Source: the human T2T-CHM13v2.0 reference genome, Homo sapiens. From it: 64,000 nucleotides of DNA. This document shows positions 1 to 12,902 of this stretch, piece after piece (the stretch's first letter is position 1; the number at the start of each line of letters is the position of its first letter). The notes under the pieces were generated by a model that was given only the letters and a program-made list of their open reading frames with translations, searched no databases and was not told where the DNA came from. The stretch lies in NCBI RefSeq assembly GCF_009914755.1, contig NC_060942.1. The stretch is one strand, 5' to 3'. Made by a program: the position numbers and the translations under genes.

Positions 1-674
1 TGGCTCTGTCCCCAGCCAGCATCACTGGTTAATGAATTGGTTTGCTTATATTGGGGATAAATCTGAGTTTAAATACAACTTGCTCCAGTGTGCTTTTGGG
101 GATAACTGGATCCCCCATGCAGACAGATGACTCCTGGGGAGGCTCTTCTTTGGCCTTCCTTCCCTACTTAATTGGAACCCCAGATCCTGGTGGTGGTAGC
201 AGGGGCCCTCTCTCTTCTCTTCCTGCCCAGGGACATTCCAGCCCTCTCTCTGTCTGTGATCTCTTGCCCAGGATCAGTGCTCCTGCTTCCAATGGTGACA
301 AGCCCAACCCCTTGGCCTTGTGTTCGAGGCCCCATTTTAACTTTGTGTCCTCACTGTATCCCAGCTCTCCACCTCTTGATCTAATTCCTAATTCCCACCT
401 CCTCCAGGAAGCCCTTCCTGCTTGCTCCAGGCCACAGTGAATTCTCTCTTCTCTGACCCACTCCTACCCTGGTCTTTCATGTCTCATGAGTAGGTCTGGG
501 AGCTCCTTGTCCAGCCTAGCCCTGCCTCCCTCACCTGGAACCCTGCTCCTCTCACTTCAGCCACCTTGAGAATGGGCCTAAAGGTGAGACAAATGTCTGT
601 GGTGTCTTCCCACTGCCTCTAGGCCACCCAGAGTCCGAGAAGCCCTCCTGGGAGTGAGAGGAATATAGGTAATC

Positions 675-1195
<521 letters not shown>

Positions 1196-1974
1196 TTTGT
1201 GGATAATGACTCCTGAGACCCCCAGGTAAGGAGATGGAGGCCCAGAGAAGGTGGTGTGCCTCAGCTGGAGCTCATTCCGGATAAGAACCTTCCACAAAAA
1301 CAAGAACTGCATCCTATACTCTTCCTGGACTCTTCCTGGTGCTTGCTCCAGCCAAGCACTCAGCCAGCTCCACTTCCCTCTGTACTTGTATCTCCACTCC
1401 AACCCCTCCAGAGGCAAGGCTGGCACTGCCCTCACACCAAAGAAAAAAGAGCTCCCTGAACTGCTCCTGATAGGACAGTGGCCTGTCAGCCTCAGCCAGC
1501 AATCCATGTGTGTCAGAGACAGGAGCCCTGAAAGTTACAAAGCCTCTCCTGTGCACACAGACCTGCCAACTCTCCGCCATGCCCATCCCTAGACACCCCC
1601 ACACCTCATGTGTGTGGGTGGATGTGACCGGGAATGTGTCTAGAGGCCTGAGATGGGGGATGAGAAGGTGGAACCACGATATGGCCATGCAGTGGGCTGC
1701 AGCCTGCTCTGTGCTGGGCGAGGTGGAGAGAAGCCTTCCTCCTGCCCCCTGGCCAAAGGCCCCGCATGTTCCCCAAATCCTAAGCAGATAAGACATCTTT
1801 CTGTGCTGCTTATGAGCATTCAAGTGTGCCTGGAGGGCAGCTGTGGATGGGTGTCCTGTGTCCTCTGGGTTTCGGGGACTCGTAACCTGGTTCACTGCTG
1901 AGCCAGGGCTGGGGCTGACCCTCCCCCTCCTTCTGCGGCCACTGCTGGCTTCTGCTCCCCTCGCACCACTGTGC

Positions 1975-2210
1975 CCCAGTCTTCCCTCACCCACTGTCTT
2001 CAAGGCCTCGCTCCCCCTCCTCCTCCTGCCGCTTATCCCCTCACCTCTCTACTTTTCTCACCTCCTTCCCTTCTCTCCTTTCCTCCTGCCCGCTGCCGTC
2101 ATGCCACCTCCTCCACCCCTCTCCCATTCCTTCTCTCCATTCCCCTCTCCTGTTGCCTATTTCTTTAATCTTCTAAAATGTTCACTTCTCCCCCCTTCCC
2201 CTTCTCCCCA
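1975..2210. repeat. C/T-rich low-complexity tract
   Basis: Strong pyrimidine bias on the + strand. Confidence 0.7.
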
Positions 2211-3531
2211 GAAGTATTTAATGGCTATTAAATTATTTTAAACTAACTTTCTTTTAAAAAAAAAACCACACAGCTTGGTGATAGTGCTGACTCAGGGCCA
2301 TCTCACTGTTTAATATTGAATATGCAATTAATAGAAAGATGTTTAGGTTTGGCTTTCCCTACACCTCCCCCCCCCCCACTTTCTACTGCAAGAAGAATAA
2401 AAGAGCTGAGTAATCTGGTTTGGGGCGAGTGTTAGCCACAGGAGATATATGGGAGAAAGCCGATGAGGTTAGCATCTTGGAGTCAGAGAGCTATTGCCTC
2501 TGAGGCAAGTTCAGGGAGAGAAAGGTTTGAGTTAGAGCCCAGCACGGCCTTGCTGGGCAGAGGGGATTCCAGACATCCCTCTCCAGTGCTGGAGAAAATG
2601 GCCTGGACTCTGACCTGCCTGCTCCACACCAGATGGCACCTCCTTATGGCCCTCAGAGGCCTGGGTCGGTGGCCCTTGTTCATGCCATCCCCCCTTCTCA
2701 AGCTGTGGGATCTCCCACCTTCAAGACCAGAAGGGCCACCTCCCCTGAGGCCTCTGGCTGCCCCCGCCTGGGGGATCTCCTCTCCGGAACTGCTGCTGGC
2801 ACCTACTATCCCAGCTTTCCTGCCCATCCATGACAGCTTCCGTGTGTCACTGCCTCCTGGCCGGGCCGTGTGAACTGGGGGCTGCAGGTGAGTCACTGTG
2901 TGCCTGGGTGACGGTCTCCAGGAGACACCCCTCGCACTGCTGTGGGCCTCATGTGCCCTGGACGAGGCTGAGTGAGGATGGCACTCCTCTCACTGCCAAG
3001 GAAGGGACAGGAGCAGGCAGCACAAACCACATGGGCTTCGCTCACGTGGGCCCCTCACGCCTGAAGCATCTCTAACCCTCAACCAACTGGACCTTGACTA
3101 CCGGGGTCCTTAGGACCGGAGCACTCCATTGGTGTGAGGAGGTGCGTCTGTGCCCTGGGGCATGGGATCCCTTCAGGCAGCCCCAAGACACCAGCCCAAG
3201 CCCTAGTGGGTAGGATCTGAGGTCCGGGTTGGGAGGGGGCCTGAGTCCTAGAGGCCTTGTGCCTAAGTCAGTGCCCTGCTGGGGCTGGAGGGCAGAGGCC
3301 TGACTGAGGGGATGAAGGAGTGTTCTGAGCAGGCACAGGCCCCAAGGATGAACAGATCACCAGCGGCCACACCACAGCACCCTCCAGGACAACTGGCTCT
3401 CCAAATTTGCAAGTAGCTTTCACCTGCTCGACATTTTGCCCTTGATTTCCCGGTAAACTTTCTGAGAAATGAGGGGGAGAGAAATTCCTCGGTTCCTGGC
3501 TGATCTAAAGAGCAGGGAGAAACCCAGAGCA

Positions 3532-3565
3532 CTGGGCCTGGGCCTGGGCCTGGGCCAGGGGAGGG
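3532..3565 (+). repeat. (CTGGGC)4 hexamer repeat with G-quadruplex potential
   Basis: ctgggcctgggcctgggcctgggccaggggaggg contains six G3+ runs. Confidence 0.7.
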
Positions 3566-3790
3566 TGGTGAACAGGGACACTTGGGCCAGAGCCCAGGGT
3601 GTGGCAGGGTTGGCAGAAGCCAAGAGCTCCTGGCCGGGAGGTGGAGGGCAGCTGCGACTGGCTGTCCCATCTTACTACCTGGGCCCTCATGCTGGACACC
3701 CCAGCCCTGGCAGGGGGAAGGGTAGGCTGGGGCCACCTTGGAGGCTGTACCTAATGTCACCTTCTCAGGGCAACAAAAGGCCCCAACTCC

Positions 3791-4280
<490 letters not shown>

Positions 4281-5536
4281 TCACTGCCTGGCTGTGCCTC
4301 TGTGGGAACTTGGGCTGGGGGCCCTAGATGGTGGAGAGGACAGAGTCTCTACTCGGGGGTCCTTCACCTGCTCGGAGCCTCCGTTTGGCCCCCTTCTCCG
4401 GGGAAGTGGCTGAGAGCTCAGTTCAGAGCAACGTCTGGGCAGGGCCCAGAGGGGATGAGGCTCAGTGTGAGTGCCGGGGACTAGTGATCAAGAAGGACAA
4501 TGCCCTTCTCCCAAGGAGGTGGGCCAGGAAGAGGGCACCTGGCAGGGGCCTGCACATTCTTCTACCCTATGGGGCTGGGGAGTCTGTTTCTCTCCCACAG
4601 GTGAGGTGTGATGGGCTCTGTATCACTGGGGCAGTTTGTTGCAGGAGGAGCTGGTGCCCGGGTAGGGGAGGCCTGATCTTGGATGCTGGATGTATTTTCT
4701 TTGCCATGTCCTCGCCTTTCATTTTCTTTTAATGTCAGAGTATGTTTGAATCTCATCTAGGGGAGCCTAGGGCCAGGGCTGTGCCTAGGGTGGGCCCTGG
4801 TTAACCCTGTGGCTGGGATGGGGGGGGCAGTACAGACACACAGGCACTGTGCCAAGAGGATGCTGTCACTTGGTGACGGAGCTGCCCCTGGCTGGCCGTC
4901 TGCCTAACCCTTCCAGCGGTGAGCCTCAAGGTGCTGCATTCCCTTACTCAGGCTCTCCACGGCCAGTCTCCAGTGGGCTCCACATTCTAGGACAAGCGTC
5001 TGTGGAGTGAGGCTGTGTCCTTCCCCTCTGTCCCTTTCCAGACACCTGTCTGACTGCCTGCCTCTATCTCCAGGATCTCTGCCTCAGTGCTGGCCTTGAG
5101 TGCCCACACTCCCATGGACCACTCAGATTTGCCTCCTTGGCCTGAATCCTCCTACAGCACAGCTGTGACCACTTCTTGTCTCCCTTCTAACTGCACAAGC
5201 CCCATCACGGTGGGGTTTTCCTTGTCCACATCGAGGTGGGCACACCCTTTTGGGTGTTTTAATGGAGGGGAGAAGAATATCCTGGGACATGGCACTTGTT
5301 TACTCAGAGACGCATAAACCGCACCGTCTGGAAGACCCCAAACACCCCCCTTCCCTCCTGTCTCTCTCCACACCAGTCACCCAGAGCTCCAAAGCTCTGT
5401 CCCCAACCCTCAGCCACGAGATCCCCAGAGGGGCAAGAGGAGGAGGCAGGGAGTCGCTGCATCGCCTTGCTGCGTCGGGAAAAGGAGGGAGGAGTGAGAG
5501 GGGGAGGGGGAGGGGCAGAGACAAGTGGGCCCTCAC

Positions 5537-5615
5537 GTGAAGGGGGCTGGCGCAGGCAGCTACTACCTCCTCGGCTCTCGCTGTCCGCAGGCTTCACCTG
5601 GATCGGCCGGTTCAT
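5537..5615 (-). CDS. CELF4: Internal coding exon of CELF4 (CUGBP Elav-like family member 4), probably exon 3; end of RRM1 plus RRM1-RRM2 linker
   Basis: Minus strand reads cccctctgctctgttgcag|ATG AAC CGG CCG ATC CAG GTG AAG CCT GCG GAC AGC GAG AGC CGA GGA GGT AGT AGC TGC CTG CGC CAG CCC CCT TCA C|gtgagg: 79 nt, phase 0 in, phase 1 out. [16 protein letters not shown] is the CELF3-6 RRM1 end; [10 protein letters not shown] is the CELF4-specific linker as I recall it. Locally CpG-rich. Confidence 0.95.
5567..5615 (-). CDS. CELF4: Short (49-nt) form of the CELF4 exon using an internal alternative 5' splice site
   Basis: CGA GGA G|gtagta donor at 5566, exactly 30 nt upstream of the distal donor and in the same phase. 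It removes 10 linker residues and gives the ESRG-E-DRKLF-type junction of the paralogues. Confidence 0.75.
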
Positions 5616-6559
5616 CTGCAACAGAGCAGAGGGGGACAGCATTATAGCAGGCCTGCGGGTGAGGGGACAGACACCCAGCACTCAGGTGCACAGGTGAATG
5701 CGAGTATACAGACTGCACCCACAGACACGCGCTCCCACAACATGCTGCTGCAAGCACACACACCTTCACCAAAGTGCTGCCCGTCTCCCCTCGACGGCAC
5801 GGCCCCATGGCCCCATTCTTTCAGGGGGGTGTCTCTGGACAGGAGACTTTGAGATGCCTCCTCCTCCTACTCCGAGCAGCAGCTCCTACTAGCCTGTGAT
5901 ATCAGAATCTGAGGTTGACAGAAATGCTGGCCTGTCCCTCTGTGTCACACAGGCCTTTGTGTCACCAAAGCACACCCTTGGCTCAGCCCTGGTTCACTCA
6001 AACATCTGCCTTTATGGAAATGAGCTGGTCACTGGCTGCAGATGGACCCCACCCAGGCCAGGGCATCCAGCTTGATCCCAGCCCGTACCAGCTCGCAGAA
6101 GTGGCCTATGGGTCAGGCGTGGCCAAGGCTCTGGGCCGTCCAGCTCCATGGTTAAAGCAGAGCTCAGGGCTGGGGCTCCATATTGCAGCCAGGGCTGTTC
6201 TCTCAGGGAGTGCGTGGAGTGGGCACAGCTACTTGTCCCCTGTGGTGTCTGGGTGCCAGGAGGACAGGAGAGCAATGCCTGACTCCCCTAGCCGCCGGCC
6301 TCTCTCTTCCCTCTCGGGGATCTGTGTCAATGGCCCATTCAGGCCACTAGGGGTCTCTGGACTCCAAGCATCCCGGGCTTGGCTGCCTGGCTTCAGGGCT
6401 CACCGGGAGGCACCAGGGTGGGCTCTACAGCCCGGAGGTCTCAGAGTGGTTTAAGCAACAAACGTGAGGAGGATCACGCCAGCGGATTCTGACCTGATGT
6501 CTTCACCAGTGCTTCTGCCCTTACGCACCTCCCTGAGCCCTTCTTGCATCTGCATTTCT

Positions 6560-6675
6560 CTCACAAACTCAGACTCAGAGAGGTAGTGGGGCAGGTACAA
6601 ACACCCCCATTTTAGAGATGGAGAGGCTGAGGCCAAGAGGCATTCAGGTGCTTCCCAAGGCCACCACGTGGCAGG
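6560..6675 (-). mobile_element. MIR fragment
   Basis: cccattttagagatggagaggctgaggcc ... cttcccaaggccac matches the reverse MIR core. Confidence 0.65.
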
Positions 6676-7494
6676 ACATGGCTGGGAAGTGGGGCCTGTG
6701 GGGTGATTTCTGCATGTCTGTCCTGCGCTTTGAGACCTTCCGTTGCCAATTCCCTCCCGTACAGCGGCTGGACCAGCCAGTCACAAGCTTCCTCCTACCT
6801 TCTGCTCTAGGACTCGAAGTGAGTTTTGGCTGCGTCAGGACAACTGGGTGGGGGAGTATGGGTGCCTGTGACTCAGCAAGGTGAGCACAAGGCCAGTGGA
6901 AGGGCAGAGCCGTGGCCGGGAAGGACAGAGATGGGAGGCAGGACGCAGCCGACAAGGAAGGAGGCACAGGTAGCCAGAGGCAGCAGGGGAGGATGCCAGG
7001 GCCAGCCCACCGAGAGGGGCGAGGGTGTCATTGTTCACCACCAGGTCCCCACTTGACATCCCTTATGGAGTTGAGGGGAAGCAAGATACTTTGTTCCCAA
7101 GCCCTGGCAGCAGAGAACTCTGCCATGTTACAGCAAATTCCAATCACAGGGAGAAGAAGGAGGAACGTAATGAAGTTCCTGGGTTCCCTGTGAACGAGCT
7201 CCTTTCCAGTCTTTGAGGGAAAGATCCAGAAGGCCGCCCAGGCATCTGGCTATGGGAGAGGGGCTCCAGGAGGGAGCCAGGTTGCTCCTGGTTCCCTGTC
7301 CAGTACTGTTTGGGACTCAGCATCTCACCCTTTCCTAGGCTGCCATGTCCTCCTGGAATGCCCCGCCCTCCTAGCCTTCCCTTCCCTGAAACCTGTAGCA
7401 TTCTTCTCCCCCAAACAGGTCTTAAGGACTGACCTGGACCCAGTTCCAGCCCTGATGCTCTCTTGGACAGATTTCTACAGCTTTTCTGCTTATG

Positions 7495-7590
7495 TAATTT
7501 TACAATTCTCTGAGGTAGGGATTATTATATCCATCTTTTCAATGAGAAGAACAAAGCTCTGAGGAGCGGCAGAGCTGGGATTCAGCCAGG
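7495..7590 (-). mobile_element. MIR fragment
   Basis: ctctgaggtagggattattatatccatc ... ggcagagctgggattcagccagg. Confidence 0.55.
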
Positions 7591-7946
7591 ATGAGTAGGC
7601 ACATGAGTGCTACCAACACAACGGCCTTTAGCTTTGTCATATTTTATCTCAGTTGACCTCAGCTGCTCCAGGAGGAGAGGACCAAGGAGGAAGTAAGTGG
7701 GAAAAGTACCCATTCCATAAAGGGAGATTGAGGCCAGGTTCTTTGGGCCAGCAAATCAAGCATCTTTTCTGCCTGACCCCCACCCCACAAAATCTGGCCC
7801 CACCACCTCTTGTACCACTCCCACCACACATCCTGGCACCTTCCTCCCCCAAGTCCATTCCCTGGGCCTTCAAGCTCCCTGCTGTCCCTCCCAGCCTCCT
7901 CCTCTTGACAGTCTATTCATTCTTTGAGCCTAGTCCACTTAGCTTC

Positions 7947-8327
7947 TGTATGGACTGAAGTGTGTCCCGCCAAAATTCATACAGTGAAGCCCTAACCCCC
8001 ATTGTGACTGTATTTGGAAATGGTACCTTTAAGGAGGTACTTAAGGTTGAATGGAGTTATAAGAGTAGGGCCCTCATCCCATATGATTGATGTCCTCACA
8101 AGAAGAGGAAGAGACACCAGGGATGTGCACACAGAGAGAAAACCATAGGAGGACACAGCGAGAAGGCCGCCATCTTCAAGCCAGGAAGAGAGCCCTCACC
8201 AGAAACCAATCCTGCCCACACCTTGATCTTGGGCTTCCAGCCTCCGGAGCTGTGAGAAATACATTTCCGTTGTTTAAGCCACCTGGTCTGTGGTACTTTG
8301 CTATGACAGCTCTAGCCAACGAATAAG
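7947..8327 (+). mobile_element. MLT1B-like MaLR solo LTR
   Basis: tgtatggactgaagtgtgtcccgccaaaattcata ... caccttgatcttgggcttccagcctccggagctgtgagaaatacatttccgttgtttaagccac ... ; about 380 bp. Confidence 0.9.
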
Positions 8328-8524
8328 CCCCCTAGTTCATGAAGCCTGGTTGGTACCCCATTGGGAAGGGTACTACAAGGAGCTCCCTGTTTTCCATTAA
8401 AAAGGTACACTCAAGGCTGGAAATTGACTTGCAAGTGGAGGTGGTGCTTAAGTGACCCAGGCCTCCCCAAGGATCCATAACACCCCTGAGAACAGGAACA
8501 GCTGCTATACTGATCGCATTGCTA

Positions 8525-8672
8525 GATCATCACAACTTCTCCTGTGATGTATGCAAATAGATTATCTCTAACTTCAGTCAAGGAAATGGAGTCTCAGATA
8601 GGTTAAGAAGTTAGCCTGAGGTCACAAAGGTTGTAAATGGTGATATCAAGATGAACCCAGGACTCCTGACAT
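8525..8672 (-). mobile_element. MIR fragment
   Basis: aggaaatggagtctcagataggttaagaagttagcctgaggtcaca ... gaacccaggactcctgac. Confidence 0.65.
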
Positions 8673-9849
8673 CTGCCTACTCATTTAAGAGATGCTGGGA
8701 ACAGGTGGAATGGGCTTGGGATGGTCCAGGAAAGTTCCAAGCAGAGGCCAGGAGTGTGGGGGAAAGAGAGGAGAGCAGGGAGCCAGATGGGGAATTCAGG
8801 CTTCCCCTGCAAGGCTGGGAGGAAGGCCTGGCTGAGAAGGGGCAGGCACAGGGGTGTGAACCAGAATCTGTTGGGCTTTGTCGCTCTGTCCCAACGGGGG
8901 AGTGAGGCCATTCCTGAGGCAGGAGACTCCATTCCTAGGGCCAGAGCATGCTAGGCAGACCCCACATCCCTAGGGGCCTCATCCTGTGTGGGAGGAAGGC
9001 TGGGACCACTGGAGGAGACTCCTTTCCTGGCACCTTGTTTCTGTGTTTTACAGCCAGTCTTCTCTAGTCGGGCCTGAGAGCAGCTGGGGTGAGTCCTGCG
9101 GATTCGCCTGGCCAGGATAGAGCTATTTCTGAAATGACGGGTCCCATTTTCCATGGTAAATTAAACTGGGCAAATGAAATCTCCCTGTGTCTGGAGGCTT
9201 CCACCCTAGATGCCACCCCAGTTGCAGGCAGCCAGCCCACTGTCCTTGGCATCTGGGCACCTGTGATGCTTTGGCCTAACATCCCTGCTGCAGGAGCCCT
9301 CCCAACCAGACGGGCCCTGGATGGTGCAGGCAGACCTCCTCCATGGCGTGCTGTTGGGCTCACCCCTCACACACAGGCCCCTCTGCTTCCCTCCAGTTTT
9401 ACTGTGGGCTTTCTGACAGCAGGGACATGGAGTCTCATCCAGCCTCCCAGCTGCCTTCAGCCATGGGCTAGGCACCTATGGGGTGCTCTAAACAGATTGG
9501 TAAAGGAGAACGGAATTGGTTCCCATGCAGCCATGGCTCCTGGGGTCATTTTCCATGTGCCATTATAATCTGATGGTGGTCAGCATCCAGACAGCCTTTG
9601 AGGGGCTTGTCAGAGAGGTGCCGGGCTAGATGGTGAGATAATATACGGCCCTGTGCTTTCTTAATTCTCAGCAGAAATAAAGTGTCAGTCTTGGTCGGGA
9701 AGATTTCTCAGCTGGAGCAGGCTCTGTACAGGTGGCCCTGGCCTGAAGAGAAACCTTCCTCCCTCCCCTGGTCCTTGGCCAGCCTCACTCAGCCCTGACT
9801 CTGCCCTGAAGAGGGAGGAGGATGGAGCACATCTGTCCTGGGAGAGGAG

Positions 9850-10022
9850 GCCGGGCCAGGCTGCAGAGATCGGGAGAGAACAAGGCAGAGCATGACGACA
9901 GAGCGAGGGGAGAGGTGAAGAGAATGCCGGAGAGGGCGAGGGCAAGGGAGAGCAGAGGGGTCAGGGGAAGAGCCAGGAGAGGAGGGAAGAGCCAGGAGTG
10001 AGATCAGGAGGAAGACCAGAAG
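9850..10022. repeat. G/A-rich low-complexity tract
   Basis: Purine-biased + strand. Confidence 0.6.
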
Positions 10023-12604
10023 GCCAGTTGCCATCTCCTTGCCCTTCTTGTAACTTTGCCCCCTGGGACCCTGGCCATGGCCTCAGGACCCCTTTGGTGC
10101 TTTTCCTGCCCCCGTCTCTGCTCCTCTGTCAGCTACTCCTCTCCACCAGCGCGCTGTCCTCCCCGGAGGGCCCTGTGGCTTGTGGCTGCTGGGAATCTGG
10201 GCTGGGGTGCAGGAGCCTTCCTTGCTGATTCTCTTTCAGAGATGTCCTCAGTGTCCCCATGGAGGCCCTGTGGCCTTCAGTTGGTGTCTTCCTCCAGGTG
10301 CCTGAAGGGGATTTGGTGAGCCAGGCCTGCCTTCCCTGGGTCAGGAACAGCTACCTGCAGCTTCCCTGGAGGCTCCTGGGGTCAGTCCTCCGGGGACATC
10401 ACAAACCCTTGTGGACTGTGTTTCTACTTCCAGCCGGGCGCCCCTCTTAGGGAGCGAGTGGGCCTGGCCCAGATCTGGAGCTGTCTCTGCTCCCACCTGC
10501 GGCAGGGGGTGGGCAGGTGGATGGCCCCTTTCCTCTTCCGCTCAGGCTCTGCCTCCCTTCCCCCTCCCCATCCCTCTGCCACTTTTTGCATCAACACATA
10601 TCCATGCATTAAACAAGACATTCCATTAATTTCTTCATCATCATAACTTAAGCTGGGACATACCCTTTAAATATTCATTCAGCTATGAAAACTGGGCATT
10701 AAAATTTTAATAATGTCAAGCTCATTTGAACCAGCCTCCTTGGGGACGATTATGATACAATTAGAATAAATACGATGATTGAGCTGGTCGAAAGGCTTCA
10801 CCTGTCCAGTGTGGCTCCCTCTGGAAGGGGAGGCCTGTGGCTTGTGGGCAGACAGACAGAAAGACAGGCCAAGCTGCTCTTTCCTGACTCCCTCCCAACC
10901 TCGCCGCTTCCCCTGCCTCCTCTTGCATCTGGTTCTGGTTCTGTGCTGCCAAGTCTACTCCCACCAGCCTCTGCAGGTCTCTGCTGCCTCCTTTCCCGAG
11001 GACCAGGGTGCAAGGGGCCCCTCCCTGTCTGAGAAGGTGGCTCTGATTCACCCCACCAGTTCCTACTACTCCTTTCCTGGTCCTGGTATGACCTGGGCTA
11101 GCTCACTGGGCTGGTGAGCGACATTTTCCTGCCTATACACGTCTCTTCTCCCCTACCTTACTAGGACTCCCCGAGGCTGGAATGAGCACCCTGCCAGAGC
11201 AGGGCCAGCCTGTGTGTGGGGTGTGGAGCCCAACTGCATTCTGCCACCAAAGGAGGGGAATGTCTTCACCTGGCTTCCCCTTCAGCAGCAACCACTGTCC
11301 TAAGGGTTGGCCTGGAGGTTTGGGATGGGGCTGAGCCTCCCTTGTCCTTCACTGCCTGATGCCTGCTTAAAGCCAAAGCTGAAAAAGCCAGGGGGGAGCG
11401 GGGAGGCAAGGGGGGGTCCACTCCTGCACTCATCCTGCCTCACTCTCCCTCGGGACAGCTGTCACTGCCCATGGGATCATGGGCCCTCCTCAGAGCTGGC
11501 CTCTTGTCCACCTCTGTGCCCTCTGCTTCACGCTGGGCCCCAGCAGGGCCCCCTCACCCAGTGCTGTCTCTGAAATAATGGAGTTGACTTTCTCCCCACC
11601 TGGAAAGCTTCCCTGTCACTCCTCATTGCACCCAAACCCTCCTATTCCCCCAAAGTCTAGGTTTGAAGCTCACCTCCTACAGGGAGGCTTCCTGATTGTC
11701 ACACATGAACCTGCACTACTCCTTTCTCTCTCTCATGCGTGTGTGCATGTGTGTGACAGAGAGAAAGAGAGAGGGAGGGAGAGAGAGAAAAGAAGATGGA
11801 GATGGAGAGAGACTTACTTCACAAACAAGAGTGGAGATCAGGGCCCCTACTCATGGATCCCCAGAGGCAGCCTCAGGACTGTGCTTCTTCCCTGGAGTAC
11901 GTGTGTGCAACTGATTAGTGCTATGTGACATCACAGACATCCTAAAAGAATTCACTGTGGCAGAAGCAGGGGGATTCGCATTGAACGAGATCATGAAAGA
12001 AATCTGCAAGAGCAGGTTCTCAGCAAAGGTCAGCCTGCACTGGAAGGTGGGGACTGATGCCCCGCAGGGAGCTGGGGAGAGGGAGGATAGGCGCTGGCAG
12101 CCGAGGTGACTGGCCCATGGGATGGCCAGAATGCTCTCCAGAGTGACTATTCAAACCTCAGAGCTGAGGGTCCTTCTGGTTCCTTTTGGGACGTGTTGGA
12201 GCCTGAAGATACCTGGCTCCCTGCTCAGCAGAAGGGCTCACCTCGCCAAGCTTTGGAGGAATACCCCTGGAGACACAGATTCATATCTTCCCCAAACAGA
12301 CATAATTTGCAGCCTTCACCAGGAAGGCAGCTCTTACCTCCCCATTCCTGTGTGGTTTCTGAGGAGGGGCAGTCCTTGTCCACCTACTTGTGGACGCGCT
12401 TGTGTGGACTTGGCCCTGCTCGTCATCTATCCTGGTGCTTTAGGACAACACCAGTTCCTATCCACCCAGATAACTCAGGTTTTAAGCTCTGCCCTCCAAC
12501 CCCACCCCAGCACACACGATGGTCATGGAAACAGTGAATCAGCAGACCCGCACGCTAGAGCTCACTGTGCCCTAATCCCACCAGCATCACTGCTCTGAGA
12601 AAAC

Positions 12605-12902
12605 AGACATAATTTGCAGGACCCCTTGTTCCAAGCGCCAAAATAAAAAGTGTCATTAAAGTACTAAAATATAAAGCCTTTCCTTCTTGGTCTTGCTCAC
12701 TCTCTCAATTTGTCGTGGTATTTTTTTTATTTGCTATTTGATGTCATTTCAAGTAAAGAAAACTATAAATTTTAAATTATTAGCACAGACTTTACAGTTC
12801 ATCTTTATTTTGTGCAATGCCAGTTTTAAATGCAAATATCAGGGCATTTACCTCCTATGCAGAGTCATCAAAATTTCACAGTTTGTATTTTGTGGCTTAT
12901 GC
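12605..12902 (-). mobile_element. hAT-Tip100 DNA transposon relic (MER45B-like), 3' portion
   Basis: AT-rich block acataatttgcaggaccccttgttc ... gtactaaaatataaagc ... gtgcaatgccagttttaaatgcaaatat matches the reverse complement of the MER45B 3' end as recalled. Confidence 0.75.

Noticed and set aside
5304-5681. 125-aa ORF as a stand-alone gene
   Set aside because: Only 5537-5615 is CELF-like and bounded by splice sites; the flanks are intron.
9783-9830. Possible 17-nt minus-strand exon after a pyrimidine tract
   Set aside because: Weak donor context and several competing AGs in low-complexity sequence.
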